Both the position numbers and the translations under genes were made by a program. 64,000 nucleotides of DNA from an uncultured archaeon. Its GTDB lineage: Archaea > Thermoproteota > Nitrososphaeria_A > Caldarchaeales > Wolframiiraptoraceae. Of this stretch, positions 26,360 through 39,067 are shown piece after piece. The notes under the pieces are model-generated. The model was not told the origin of the DNA. It made no database searches and worked only from the letters and a program-made list of their open reading frames with translations. Within the stretch, counting starts at the first letter, position 1; each line of letters opens with the position of its first letter. The stretch covers positions 1 through 64,000 of the forward strand of contig CALKCF010000001.1 of assembly GCA_938083505.1 (NCBI GenBank), written 5' to 3'.

Positions 26360-27826
26360 GTGGATTTTACCCCGTCGCCTTTACATGTCCTTATAATTCT
26401 TACGGCCATATCGCCTATCTTGGCGTACGTCTCAAGGAAGTTTCGCTTGGAATGTGTGATGGATGTTTATTCCGTCATCGGTCTTGCGGTCGTATTCTAT
26501 TTTGCGATCATCCAAATGCTGAACGTTACTTTTCAAGGTAGCGCATTAACACTTACAGGTCTGCGTGAAGGGACAGCATCAATAATCCTCATCGATAAGT
26601 TGTCTGCTTATGTAACCTTCGTCTTTGTACTCGTCGGCCTAGCATCCGCGCTGTTCTCAGTTGGCTACATAAGGGAGCGAAAGACGGAATACTATCCGCT
26701 CCTTCTAACGATGATAACCGGGATGGTTGGTGTGGCATCTTCCGGTGACTTCGTGACCTTCTTCATCTTTTGGGAGATGATGAGCTTATCGGCTTATGTC
26801 CTTGTGGCGTTTAGGTACAAAAGTTGGGAGGCTGTGGAGGCCTCGCTGAAGTATCTTATAATAAGCTCCGCGGGCACTGCCGCTATACTCTTCGCGCTAT
26901 CGCTCATGTACGGCATAGCGGGTACGCTCAACATGAACCTCCTGTCAACGGTCTTTGGTTTTCAAGACATGGCGGGCAAAGTTTGGAGCTATGTAATTTT
27001 GGCGCTTCTTTTAGCAGGGCTCGGCGTTAATGCTGCGATAGTGCCATTCCATACTTGGCTGCCGGATGCCCATCCTGCTGCGCCTAGCCCGATCAGTGCC
27101 ATGCTGTCGGGCGTTGTGATAAAAACGGGAATATATGCGATGTTCAGGGTTTTGGCGGTCATATTCCCTTCAGCAATCTACAATTGGGGAATAGCATTGG
27201 CATTGTACGCTGCTATAACCATGACGGTCGGCAACCTTATGGCCATGCTCCAAGAGGACATAAAACGGTTACTTGCCTTCAGCAGCATAGCCCACATAGG
27301 CTACATAGTCTTCGGAATATCCTTGGCGACTGTTAATGGTTTGGCCGGAAGCCTCTTACATGTATTAAACCATGCGAGTATGAAGGGGCTGCTCTTCTTA
27401 TCTGCCGGTGCCTTCATACACGCGACGGGTACGAGAAACCTAGACGAGCTCTCAGGCGTAGGTCGTAAGATGCCGATCAGCGGTACGACATTTGCGATAG
27501 GTGCATTCTCGCTCGCCGGTATACCTGGCCTGAGTGCTTTCGTAAGTGAGTTTCAGATAATAACTGCCAGCCTGGAGGCAGGGATGTTGCCCTTTACGAT
27601 TATAATGGTACTTAACGTTCTGATATCCGTCGCTTACTACCTTAGAGTCATTCAGATAATATTCCTGAAACCCTTAACATCCGTCTCCGAGAAGGCGCAC
27701 GAAGTCAGCCCTCTAATGCTGATACCGGTCGTGGCCCTAGCTGGCCTTGGTGTATGCATAGGGATTTATCCATCGCCCTTTTTAGAGATGACAAAAGCGA
27801 TAGCTGGTTCCTTGCTCGCCCACTAA
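26360..27826 (+). CDS. Proton-conducting antiporter-like subunit (MrpD/NuoN/HyfB family)
   Basis: FIFWEMM, EASLKY, PFHTWLPDAHPAAPSPISAMLSG, DIKRLLAFSS, NHA.MKGLLF. Confidence 0.9.
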   Translation: MDFTPSPLHVLIILTAISPILAYVSRKFRLECVMDVYSVIGLAVVFYFAIIQMLNVTFQGSALTLTGLREGTASIILIDKLSAYVTFVFVLVGLASALFSVGYIRERKTEYYPLLLTMITGMVGVASSGDFVTFFIFWEMMSLSAYVLVAFRYKSWEAVEASLKYLIISSAGTAAILFALSLMYGIAGTLNMNLLSTVFGFQDMAGKVWSYVILALLLAGLGVNAAIVPFHTWLPDAHPAAPSPISAMLSGVVIKTGIYAMFRVLAVIFPSAIYNWGIALALYAAITMTVGNLMAMLQEDIKRLLAFSSIAHIGYIVFGISLATVNGLAGSLLHVLNHASMKGLLFLSAGAFIHATGTRNLDELSGVGRKMPISGTTFAIGAFSLAGIPGLSAFVSEFQIITASLEAGMLPFTIIMVLNVLISVAYYLRVIQIIFLKPLTSVSEKAHEVSPLMLIPVVALAGLGVCIGIYPSPFLEMTKAIAGSLLAH

Positions 27827-27891
27827 ACAATTCATCCGACCCAACTTTCTACTGCACTATTTATAAGCAACAATCACATAGTGCTTTTTGT

Positions 27892-28533
27892 ATGATTTTT
27901 AAGAATAGAGAAGAGGCAGGTAAGCTATTGGCGAAGACCCTTAAAGATTACAAGGAACGCGATGTAGTCGTCCTAGCAATTCCTAGGGGCGGCGTCGTCG
28001 TCGGCTATTACATTGCGGAGGAGCTTGGCTGCCCACTTGACGTCATAATCCCTAGAAAATTGGGTGCACCGCTTCAGCCAGAGCTGGCAATCGGAGCCGT
28101 AGCAGAAAACGGCACCACCGTGTTAAATGAGGATCTGATATATTCTATGGGCATACCGCAGCAGTACATACAAAGGAAGATTAGGGAGGAGGTTGCCGAG
28201 ATAAGAAGGCGCATGTCGCTTTACAGGTCGGGAAGGGAAGCGATAACGGTAAAAGATAAGATCGTAATACTTGTTGACGATGGTCTTGCAACCGGTGCTA
28301 CGATGAAGGCGGCAATAAAGTACGTCAAGAAACTTGGACCAAAGGCGATCGTGGTAGCAGTACCCGTGGCACCGCCAGACGTCGTTAGGAACCTGGGGCA
28401 GGAAGTCGACAAAGTCATATGCCTGTCGACTCCCGAGCCTTTCTTCGCTATAGGCCAATTCTATGAAGAATTTGAGCAAGTTGAGGACGAAGAAGTCATA
28501 AGGCTCCTTTCGGCTAGGAGGGAGCCTGCATGA
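27892..28533 (+). CDS. Phosphoribosyltransferase family protein
   Basis: MIFKNREEAGK, LAIPRGG, RKLGAP.QPELAIGA, VDDGLATG PRPP loop; start moved to ATG 27892. Confidence 0.9.
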   Translation: MIFKNREEAGKLLAKTLKDYKERDVVVLAIPRGGVVVGYYIAEELGCPLDVIIPRKLGAPLQPELAIGAVAENGTTVLNEDLIYSMGIPQQYIQRKIREEVAEIRRRMSLYRSGREAITVKDKIVILVDDGLATGATMKAAIKYVKKLGPKAIVVAVPVAPPDVVRNLGQEVDKVICLSTPEPFFAIGQFYEEFEQVEDEEVIRLLSARREPA

Positions 28534-28766
28534 TAAGAAATGGTGAACTGGCATCTCCTTTCGTATTACTCGGCATACTTCTCATAATAATTGGTGCGAT
28601 GCTGCTCATAATACCGGCCCTACTAAGGTTTGTACCGAGGCTGGAAGAAATTCATCCTTTCATCCTCTGGTGGTTCAAGGTTGACGGCATAACAATAGGT
28701 ACCTCGCCAGCGTTCATACTGATAGCGGTTTTAATTTACCTCATATTACTACTGGTTAAGCACTAG
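28530..28766 (+). CDS. Small membrane protein
   Basis: Two TM helices; ATGA overlap with the upstream gene. Confidence 0.7.
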   Translation: MIRNGELASPFVLLGILLIIIGAMLLIIPALLRFVPRLEEIHPFILWWFKVDGITIGTSPAFILIAVLIYLILLLVKH

Positions 28767-28768
28767 GG

Positions 28769-30121
28769 CTAATCTATCATTTCGGCAAGTTTGATCACGA
28801 GCGATGCGACCTCCACAGCATCCTTTCCGAACACCGTAACCATCGGCTCCTTTCCCCAATCACCTTCATGGTACACGATGTTCGGAACTTTACCGCGGAG
28901 TTTCACGGCTTGGCTTATACCCCACCTCACGCTCATGCCCTCGATCTTCTTAACGTCCTCGGGTTCCAGCCTTCTATCATAATACGATATACAAAGACCT
29001 AGAGCTTTTGCTGCGTTCAGGATGTCTTTATCAAACCTTATGTTCATAGCTGCCCTCATGTTCGGGTCGTACTCCATAACACTCAACACAGCGTTCGCTA
29101 CATGTCGAGATGTTCCAAACTCTGGGCATCCGGAGGCTTTAACACCCCACGGCTGTCTCACTATCCTTCCAGGTATAGCAACAACCTCCTCTCTGCTTTC
29201 TGCGTACGGAATCGCCATGGCTATGTTGGATTGCGACTCCGGTATGAGTTTCGCGACCGCTGGTACGGACTCCAGCATCCTGACAGCATCTTTTAGACGT
29301 TCTAAAGCCTCAAACCTCATGGCGGCCTCATACACAGATGCTGACGGATTTACCGGTCCGTGTCCTTTACCGATACTTATTCCGCTCTTAATGGCGTTTA
29401 ACACGAACTGTTTGGCCACTAAGACTGCGTTGATGATATCCGAGCCTTTCGCCAGCTCAGCTGCTATGGCGGATGCGAAGACGCAACCCGTGCCATGTGT
29501 GTTTTTCGTATCGATCCTTACGGATTCTAATATCCTGAATTCGCCATCATAGTATAGCGTGTCAGCAGATTTTTCAGCGCTTATGTGTCCACCCTTCACA
29601 ACTACCGCTTTCGGTCCCATCTCGGCTATTGCCTTTGCTGCCCTTTTGGCATCCTCCAAAGTCTTTACAGCAAAGCCCGCAAGTCTTGAAGCTTCCAACG
29701 CATTTGGTGTTAAAACAGTAGCAATCGGAAGCATCCTCTCGATGAGACTTTTCACGGCATCTTGCTTAAGCAACTCTGCACCGCTCTTTGCGATCATCAC
29801 GGGGTCCACGACTATAGGTTTAGAAAGCTTGGAAAGCTCTTCAGCGACAGCGTTTATTATTTGGAACGTGTGTAGCATGCCCGTTTTAACAGCATCAACC
29901 CCTATGTCCTCAACGACGACCCTTATCTGGCTCCTGATGACCTCGACATCTATATCTTGAACGGCATGAACACCAACTGTGTTCTGGGCAGTGATCGTGG
30001 TTATTGCACACATACCATGGACGCCTAGGGCTGCGAAGGTCTTAAGATCTGCCTGTATTCCAGCACCTCCTCCCGAATCGGAGCCCGCGACCGTTAATGC
30101 ACGTGCCCTAAACGCCCTCAT
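28769..30121 (-). CDS. thiDN: Bifunctional HMP/HMP-P kinase and thiamine-phosphate synthase (ThiD-ThiN)
   Basis: [28 protein letters not shown]; C-terminal ThiN (LIPE.QSN, FG.SRHVA, G.WGKEP). Confidence 0.93.
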   Translation of the reverse strand: MRAFRARALTVAGSDSGGGAGIQADLKTFAALGVHGMCAITTITAQNTVGVHAVQDIDVEVIRSQIRVVVEDIGVDAVKTGMLHTFQIINAVAEELSKLSKPIVVDPVMIAKSGAELLKQDAVKSLIERMLPIATVLTPNALEASRLAGFAVKTLEDAKRAAKAIAEMGPKAVVVKGGHISAEKSADTLYYDGEFRILESVRIDTKNTHGTGCVFASAIAAELAKGSDIINAVLVAKQFVLNAIKSGISIGKGHGPVNPSASVYEAAMRFEALERLKDAVRMLESVPAVAKLIPESQSNIAMAIPYAESREEVVAIPGRIVRQPWGVKASGCPEFGTSRHVANAVLSVMEYDPNMRAAMNIRFDKDILNAAKALGLCISYYDRRLEPEDVKKIEGMSVRWGISQAVKLRGKVPNIVYHEGDWGKEPMVTVFGKDAVEVASLVIKLAEMID

Positions 30122-30197
30122 TACGCTAAAAGCTTACATTGTTCAGGCTTATATGCATACATAAAACATGCTTATAAAATTGCGAGAAGGGGTAAAT

Positions 30198-30752
30198 TCA
30201 TTCCAAGAAGATTACCTCATCGACCTTTTTCATTATTTTTTCAGTCAGCATCCTTTCCCTGAGAGTTATGCCGGAGCCCTTGTCATACTGAAGTTTAGTA
30301 CCATAGTAGGCCGTTCCCACGAATGTCTCGGAGACCTTTATGCATTTTTCAAGCAACTCAGGGTCGCCGGCGTGGAGGTAGATTGTGAGGTCGTTAATGA
30401 AGAGCAGTCTTGTAGGCTTGCCGAGGAATTTCTTCAATAAAGGTTCAATGGCTTCTCTGTTCTTCTCGGCTAACAACAGAACTTCCTCCTTCATCTTACC
30501 AGAAAGTCTTGGTGCAAAAACGTCCGTCGGTACTAGCAATCTAGTGCCGCTGATGTTACGCAAATAATCCGTCACCCTACCGCCGAACTCGCCGATCTTT
30601 TTTGGTGCTAACTCTATCAAAGTAACTTCGCTGGAAAGACCTCGCATGATCGCCTCCTCTAACAATTTAACGAGAAGCATAGTTTTGCCTGTTCCGGTAT
30701 CACCTGCTATCAGCACCTTCTTACCAAGCACCTTATCGAGTTTTAGCGCCAA
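30198..30752 (-). CDS. Uncharacterised P-loop NTPase
   Basis: Walker A GDTGTGKT and Walker B-like LFIND. Confidence 0.7.
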   Translation of the reverse strand: MALKLDKVLGKKVLIAGDTGTGKTMLLVKLLEEAIMRGLSSEVTLIELAPKKIGEFGGRVTDYLRNISGTRLLVPTDVFAPRLSGKMKEEVLLLAEKNREAIEPLLKKFLGKPTRLLFINDLTIYLHAGDPELLEKCIKVSETFVGTAYYGTKLQYDKGSGITLRERMLTEKIMKKVDEVIFLE

Positions 30753-30757
30753 AAGTC

Positions 30758-31339
30758 TTAACTCCTTTCTGAAAGCACACCAAACCTTTCAAGCGCGATC
30801 AGAACCATGAACCCTATGATGCTACCTATGACTGAGCTTATGGCCCATCCGCTCCATAACGTGAGTAGTGCTGTAAATGTACCAAGCTCCTGCATACGTA
30901 GGAGCATATCTTGCGCAGGCTTCAGATAACTAGCGGCCCACGGTGCGACCATGAACAACGAGATTGTCCCTCCGATAAAAACCGTGCCTATCGGTTCAAA
31001 GAGTGCTGCTACGTACTTTAGATATCTAATTTTTATTTGTGATGTAATCATATAAGTAAGCCCCACGACTATAGCACCAGGTATGCCTCCGGGAAAAGCG
31101 AATATCGTACCAACACCAAGCGCATTCCTTATAAAACCAACTATTATAGCTACGAGTGCTGCCCACCAAGGACCCAGCATTATGCCAGTCAGCGAGTTTA
31201 TGAGGTGTTGCCCAGGGTAGGCCTTCGTCCCGAGGAAAGGAAACCAGAAGAACGGTGCTAACACGACACCCAGCGTCGAGAAAGTTGCAGCTAACGCAAC
31301 CTTTCTTGATAAACCAGAAAGCCTGTAGTTGGTGTTCAT
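30758..31339 (-). CDS. thiW: ECF transporter S component ThiW
   Basis: KAYPGQHLIN, LGPWW, RNALGVGT.FAFPG, EPIGT. Confidence 0.9.
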   Translation of the reverse strand: MNTNYRLSGLSRKVALAATFSTLGVVLAPFFWFPFLGTKAYPGQHLINSLTGIMLGPWWAALVAIIVGFIRNALGVGTIFAFPGGIPGAIVVGLTYMITSQIKIRYLKYVAALFEPIGTVFIGGTISLFMVAPWAASYLKPAQDMLLRMQELGTFTALLTLWSGWAISSVIGSIIGFMVLIALERFGVLSERS

Positions 31340-31373
31340 AGAAAATTACATATTTTGTTCTAAATAATAACAT

Positions 31374-31778
31374 TTACTTCCAAACCCATAAGTCACTTGT
31401 AAAATAGTTAATACATGTACCAATCCCTATGGCTATTATATTGGATATCAAGTAGTGTATGGTTAGGAACTCCGTTATGAGGAATAATGCGAGCATTGTT
31501 GTGACGAATCCAAGAATTCTTGAAATATGGAACTTAATGAGCCTAAGCCAGCGTGAAGAAGACGTGTTTCTTTTCCTGAAAGTCCATACTTCGTTTAGAA
31601 TAAAGTTGTTAAGGAGCGCGACCTCAAAGCTGAACATAGCCGCCAACATATAATAGATTCCAAGGATGTAGGCTAAGAAAAAAAGTACTGCTTGGTTAAT
31701 AAGAACACCAATAGCACCAACGACGCTAAACTCCAGGAACCTTATTGTGAATGCGCTTTTGATGAGTTTTAAAATCAT
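31374..31778 (-). CDS. GtrA-family membrane protein
   Basis: RFLEFSVVGAIG..IN, NNFILNEVWTF, NYF....WVW. Confidence 0.9.
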   Translation of the reverse strand: MILKLIKSAFTIRFLEFSVVGAIGVLINQAVLFFLAYILGIYYMLAAMFSFEVALLNNFILNEVWTFRKRNTSSSRWLRLIKFHISRILGFVTTMLALFLITEFLTIHYLISNIIAIGIGTCINYFTSDLWVWK

Positions 31779-31808
31779 CGCCCTTACGCTGGATTTTTCC
31801 GTAACCGT

Positions 31809-32669
31809 TCACCCATAGAGTTCCTTAGACTTCAGTATGTTTGTCCTAAAATTTCCCCTATTGTCCTCAGGTGTCTCCAAGATGAACGGAAGGTTCCTTA
31901 GATCTTTGTGGTGAAATATCGCCCTGAAACCTTCTTCACCTATCATACCCATACCTATGTGTTCGTGTCTATCCAAATGACTACCTAGTCCACCCTTTGA
32001 ATCGTTTATGTGAACGACCTTAAGGTGCTTCATGCCTATCACACTATCAAATTCCTCAATGGTCTTTTCCACAACCTCTTCGTTTCTCAAATCGTAACCA
32101 GCTGCAAAAGCATGGCACGTGTCGAAGCATATTGCGATACGCTTATTATCACCTATCAGGTCTAAAATCCTTCTTAGCTCCTCAAATCTCGAGCCGACAC
32201 TATTCTTCTGCCCTGCCATGTTTTCCAGCAGTATTATGACGTCATTCCGGACTTTTTCCAGTGCGGTCTTACATGCTTCCACCACTTTTTGTATGCCGAC
32301 ATCGATACCCTTGCCCATATGGCTTCCAAGATGGACTGCAAGGAACTTTATACCCAGCTCGCCGCACCTCTCAAGCTCAGTCATCAAGACTTTGAGAGAC
32401 TTAGTGAAGAGTTGCTTCGATGGTGAGGCTATGTTTGGTAAGTACGGCATGTGGCCGACTGGTACGGAGAATCCTTTAGCCGCAACCTTTTCTCTGAACA
32501 ATCTGATCTCTTCCGGGTTTAGTTTTTTGAACTTCCATCCCCTCGGGTTCCTTATGAATATCTGAAAAGTACCTGCGCAGCCTATTTCTACAGCCCTATC
32601 AACGGCCTTGTCAATCGAGCCCGCTATAGATACATGTGCCCCTAGGATAGGGCCCATTGTCATGTTCAT
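31809..32669 (-). CDS. nfo: Endonuclease IV
   Basis: GAHVSIAG, HMPY..N, LLENMAGQ, CFDTCH.FAAGYD, H.NDSK, DRHEHIG.G, ILETP. Confidence 0.95.
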   Translation of the reverse strand: MNMTMGPILGAHVSIAGSIDKAVDRAVEIGCAGTFQIFIRNPRGWKFKKLNPEEIRLFREKVAAKGFSVPVGHMPYLPNIASPSKQLFTKSLKVLMTELERCGELGIKFLAVHLGSHMGKGIDVGIQKVVEACKTALEKVRNDVIILLENMAGQKNSVGSRFEELRRILDLIGDNKRIAICFDTCHAFAAGYDLRNEEVVEKTIEEFDSVIGMKHLKVVHINDSKGGLGSHLDRHEHIGMGMIGEEGFRAIFHHKDLRNLPFILETPEDNRGNFRTNILKSKELYG

Positions 32670-32735
32670 AGTGATCTAGCAACTCATAAAAAAGCATTTA
32701 CAAAATAACTTCGACGAAAGGTTCGAAGGGAGTTA

Positions 32736-32954
32736 CTAGAGCCTGCATGCCCTCTTCATCTTTAAGGAGATTAACATAGTCCTAACGTCCTTTGGGTCCT
32801 TGGATGTATACAGCACATATTTAGGATTCACATAATTTTTCTTACCACAACCGTGGCATACGAAATAACGCTCAGCAAAAGTAACTTGTAAGTGGCCGCA
32901 GCTCGTGCATGATACAACCTTATACTCTTTACGCGATGCTCTAATATTCATCAA
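32736..32954 (-). CDS. Small zinc-ribbon protein (DUF1922-like)
   Basis: CTSCG...CHGCG in 72 aa. Confidence 0.7.
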   Translation of the reverse strand: MMNIRASRKEYKVVSCTSCGHLQVTFAERYFVCHGCGKKNYVNPKYVLYTSKDPKDVRTMLISLKMKRACRL

Positions 32955-33018
32955 TCTTCAAAACAAACTAACTTTATATTAAAGTTAGCTTAGTGGTTTT
33001 GCTGCACTGTAACAGAAG

Positions 33019-35046
33019 GTGTCTGTTTTGCTACAACCATTTAGGGAAAGTTTTACATTAATGCCGCACTACACAGAAATCGTTTTTTATTTAGTCTTAA
33101 TACCATTCACGATAATACTTGTCGTAGGTCTGTATAAGCATTACAAGCTTTACGGAAGGTGTGTAATAGAAGAGCTCGCTAGGCATTGTGGACAGAGGTT
33201 GAAGGTTTTCCTTAGATATGGTCTACTTCAAGCTAGGATACTTTCTGACCGCTTTATGGGTAGTCTACATGTAACACTCTTTATTGGAGTTGCCGCCCTC
33301 TTCATAGGTACGTGTATAGTTTTTCTTGATCATATGATTGAAAAGTTTGGAGGGAAATTGTTAGTGGGAGATATCTACCTAGTTATTGAAACACTCCTAG
33401 ATTTCTTTGGTTTACTCTTCATGTTAAGCGTAGCCGTACTCCTCGTCTCCAGAGTTTTCAGATATCCTTCTAGAATCGGCGTGCGTGTCCAATACATGCT
33501 AGTGTTGATAGGGTTATTTTACGTGGGCGTATCTGGGTTTTTGGTGGAAGGGTTTAGAATATTTCTTAAACAGGTGCCATGGTCTAGCTACTCTTTTATG
33601 GGTGCAACAATCGCAGATGTACTTTCATACTTTAACATTCATCTGGAGTTTGTGTATGGTTTGTACGTTACAGTTTGGTGGAGTCATGCGCTCACAGCGC
33701 TTATGTTAATAGCTTTTCTACCTTATTCAAACCTTATACATATCCTAACGTCATCTATGAACATCTATCTTTCAAGACCTGCTGAGCCTGCTGGAAAATT
33801 GACAACACCATTAAACATTATGACTTTAGGTGAAGTTGGAGAGTCCGAGTTACGTATAGGATTCAAGAGAACAAGAGAGATGAACTGGCGAGATGCGCTC
33901 GGTGTTTATGCTTGTACAGACTGTGGCAGATGTGAGGAGTCATGTCCAGCTTACGAGGCGGGTTCAGCGTTATCACCGAGGAAGCTTATCCAATCGCTAA
34001 AATTCTTACTCGATAAGAGTCTTGAAGACCGTGACGTGCTAGCTGATGATGCGATAAAGGAGGAGGCAGTATGGGCGTGTACTACCTGTCATGCGTGTTC
34101 CTGGAAATGCCCCGTTCTCATAAGCCCTACAAAGTACGTAATCGAAATTAGGAGGGCGACAGTCTTCGAAGGGAAGATGGATGAAAGGGTTTATCCATTA
34201 GTCTCTAACATAGCTAGGATGTCCAATCCATTCGGCATACCCGAGTACGAGAAGAAGAAGTTGATCGAAGAGCTCAAAGGTATAGGTGTAAAAGTTCTAC
34301 CGAACAACGGTGATGTTGAATACCTATACTGGCTCGGTTGTGCTGCTTTTTATGACCCAAGGGTTGGAAAAGTAGCTAAGGCGACCATTAGGCTGTTAAA
34401 GGAGGCAGGATTGAGTGTTGGGGTACTCATCGATGAAAAATGCACTGGTGACCCAGCCAGAAGAGTTGGTGAGGAGGGCAGATTCCAAGAGCAAGCGTAT
34501 GCTAACGTAGAGAAGATCATGGGACTTAAAGTGAAGAAGATAGTGACACACTGTCCACATTGTTACAACACATTAAAGAATGAGTACAAGGAGTTTGGAC
34601 TAGAGGCCGAAGTCATCCACCATACTCAACTGTTGAGCAAGCTGCTAGAAGATGGAAGGCTTCGTATAAAGAAAAGACTTGAGGCATATGCCGTACTGCA
34701 TGATTCGTGTTACATAGGTCGTGTGAATGGAATATACAACGAGCCAAGACATGTGTTATCTACTGTACTATCGGGTAGGCTTTTAGAGTTTCCGCGTTCA
34801 AGAGAAAATAGTTTCTGCTGTGGTGCAGGCGGTTGCAACTATTGGTACCACATACCGAGGGTCAAGAGGGAATCTCTGATAAGAGTTGAGGAGGCAATCT
34901 CGATAGGCGCAAAGATTCTTGTTACTGAGTGTCCATATTGCCTAGCGATGTTTGAGGATGCTGTGAGGGTCATGAACCTTGAGGGCTTTATTGTAAAGGA
35001 CGTGGCGGAAATCTTAACAACATCAGTCTTTGACAAAGAAATTTAA
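33019..35046 (+). CDS. Membrane Fe-S oxidoreductase (FadF/HdrD-GlpC-like), probable ETF:quinone oxidoreductase
   Basis: N-terminal TM region with His ligands, two CxxCxxCxxxCP motifs, two CCG domains; directly upstream of etfBA. Confidence 0.88.
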   Translation: MSVLLQPFRESFTLMPHYTEIVFYLVLIPFTIILVVGLYKHYKLYGRCVIEELARHCGQRLKVFLRYGLLQARILSDRFMGSLHVTLFIGVAALFIGTCIVFLDHMIEKFGGKLLVGDIYLVIETLLDFFGLLFMLSVAVLLVSRVFRYPSRIGVRVQYMLVLIGLFYVGVSGFLVEGFRIFLKQVPWSSYSFMGATIADVLSYFNIHLEFVYGLYVTVWWSHALTALMLIAFLPYSNLIHILTSSMNIYLSRPAEPAGKLTTPLNIMTLGEVGESELRIGFKRTREMNWRDALGVYACTDCGRCEESCPAYEAGSALSPRKLIQSLKFLLDKSLEDRDVLADDAIKEEAVWACTTCHACSWKCPVLISPTKYVIEIRRATVFEGKMDERVYPLVSNIARMSNPFGIPEYEKKKLIEELKGIGVKVLPNNGDVEYLYWLGCAAFYDPRVGKVAKATIRLLKEAGLSVGVLIDEKCTGDPARRVGEEGRFQEQAYANVEKIMGLKVKKIVTHCPHCYNTLKNEYKEFGLEAEVIHHTQLLSKLLEDGRLRIKKRLEAYAVLHDSCYIGRVNGIYNEPRHVLSTVLSGRLLEFPRSRENSFCCGAGGCNYWYHIPRVKRESLIRVEEAISIGAKILVTECPYCLAMFEDAVRVMNLEGFIVKDVAEILTTSVFDKEI

Positions 35047-35098
35047 GAAATAAAAAATTTATTATATATTATTAAAATTCGGTACTCTGTGATATTGC

Positions 35099-35872
35099 AT
35101 GTTGAATGTCCTCGTATGTGTGAAACAAGTTGTAGACATAAATCAGCTTAGAATATCTGATGGATCCATCGAAGAAGCCATACGACGCGCACCAAGAAAG
35201 ATCAGCGAATTCGACCTGAACGCGTTAGAAGAGGCCATAAGGTTAAAAGAAAAACACGACGGCAAAGTCATGATTCTCAGCGTCGGTTCTGATGTTAAAA
35301 CCATGCTGATAAGGGAGGCACTCGCAATGGGTGCCGACGAGGCTTACGTCGTCTCGGACCCCCTCATGGAAGGCTCTGATGGGTTTGTTACCGCCACGGT
35401 ATTAGCAGAGGCAGCTAGAAGGATAAAAGGGTGGGATATCATACTCTGCGGGGAGGCGTCCTCTGATGAGGCTGGATATCAAACAGGTCCTAGGTTAGCC
35501 AAGGAGCTCGGCATACCTTTCCTGGCCTATGTGACGAAGCTAGAACTGAGATCAGGTAAAGCGTTGGTTGAAAGAACTTTAGAGGATGTCGTGGAAACTT
35601 ACGAGGTACCGCTGCCCGCTCTATTCACAGTGGGCTTAGAGATAAACACACCAAGGATTCCAAGCCTACTTATGATAAAGGTAGCATCCAAGAAACCTAT
35701 AACGTCTTGGAGTTTGAAAGATTTGGGGATAACTGTCAAGCCAGCTTTAAGAACGATAGAGATGAAGGTCTTGAAAAGTGAAAGGAAGAACGTGGTGATA
35801 GAGTGCAGCCCCGAGGAGGCGGCAGAAAAGCTGGTCATGAGTCTATTGAGGGAGGGTGCTATAAAGGTATGA
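35099..35872 (+). CDS. etfB: Electron transfer flavoprotein beta subunit
   Basis: VCVKQV, D.NALEEAIRLKE, REALAMGAD, INTPRIP. Confidence 0.95.
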   Translation: MLNVLVCVKQVVDINQLRISDGSIEEAIRRAPRKISEFDLNALEEAIRLKEKHDGKVMILSVGSDVKTMLIREALAMGADEAYVVSDPLMEGSDGFVTATVLAEAARRIKGWDIILCGEASSDEAGYQTGPRLAKELGIPFLAYVTKLELRSGKALVERTLEDVVETYEVPLPALFTVGLEINTPRIPSLLMIKVASKKPITSWSLKDLGITVKPALRTIEMKVLKSERKNVVIECSPEEAAEKLVMSLLREGAIKV

Positions 35873-36831
35873 GCGGAAAGGCGGTTCTTGTCTTCTCCGA
35901 AGAAGATAACCTTGCGTTTGAGCTTCTTGCTTTGGCTAAACAGTTATCGAACCAACTAGGTTCTTGGACAGGGGCCATAATCTTAGGTGACGGGGAAGAT
36001 AGGGTTGTCAAATTTACGGAGCACTGTGCTGATAAGATCTTCGTGGTCTCAGAAGTTGATCCACAAAGAAATGGACCAGATGTAATTGCTGAGGCTGTAG
36101 CGCAGGTTGTTTCAAACATGTTGCCACACATAGTGCTAATTGCGGCGACGAAAATAGGAAAGGAAGTTGCCGCCTATTTGGCGCAAAGCCTACGCACAGG
36201 ATGCGCATCGGGGTGCTTAGACGTATCGCTTAGAGATTCGCAGGTTGAGGTCACTAGGTTTGTAATGGGTGGTAGATTTTTAGCAAGACAGATTTTTGAA
36301 AGTTATCCCGCCGTAATCACAATACCGCCCCACAGATTTCAAGCAATACAATTAAAAGGTAACGGAAGCGTAGAAAATGTAAAGGTTACAGTACAGAAAA
36401 GGATCTCTAAACTTGAGTTCCGAGCGGTTGAGAAAAGTGGTGCTGAGCTTGAGGATGCAGAGGTTGTGGTTGCTATAGGGAGGGGCCTAAAAAGAAAAGA
36501 TGACTTAAAGCTGGTGGAGGAGCTTGTTAAGGTGTTAGGAGCTGAGCTTGGTTGCACGAGGCCAATATCTGGAGACTTAAAGTGGCTTCCCGAGGACAGG
36601 CATATAGGGCTTTCTGGAAAGCATGTGAGGCCTAAACTATACATTGCAGTCGGTGTGTCAGGCCAGATACAACATGTTGTAGGCATGAGGGATTCAAAAA
36701 CTGTCGTATGTGTAAACACAGACCCAAACGCTCCGATGCATAAAGAAGCTGACTACAGCATAGTAGGCGATCTTTACAAAGTTTTACCAGCCCTTACTAA
36801 TATTATTAAAAGAATAAAGGAGAAGGCCTAA
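35869..36831 (+). CDS. etfA: Electron transfer flavoprotein alpha subunit
   Basis: GRG, LG.TRP, IGLSG..VRPKLYIAVGVSGQIQH.VGM; start placed at ATG 35869. Confidence 0.95.
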   Translation: MSGKAVLVFSEEDNLAFELLALAKQLSNQLGSWTGAIILGDGEDRVVKFTEHCADKIFVVSEVDPQRNGPDVIAEAVAQVVSNMLPHIVLIAATKIGKEVAAYLAQSLRTGCASGCLDVSLRDSQVEVTRFVMGGRFLARQIFESYPAVITIPPHRFQAIQLKGNGSVENVKVTVQKRISKLEFRAVEKSGAELEDAEVVVAIGRGLKRKDDLKLVEELVKVLGAELGCTRPISGDLKWLPEDRHIGLSGKHVRPKLYIAVGVSGQIQHVVGMRDSKTVVCVNTDPNAPMHKEADYSIVGDLYKVLPALTNIIKRIKEKA

Positions 36832-36839
36832 AAACCTTT

Positions 36840-39038
<2,199 letters not shown>

Positions 39039-39067
39039 CTAAAATAAAAACTAATAAATTTAAATCC

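Noticed and set aside
31340-31373. TPP riboswitch ahead of thiW
   Set aside because: Only about 34 bp of AT-rich spacer, with no TPP aptamer core.
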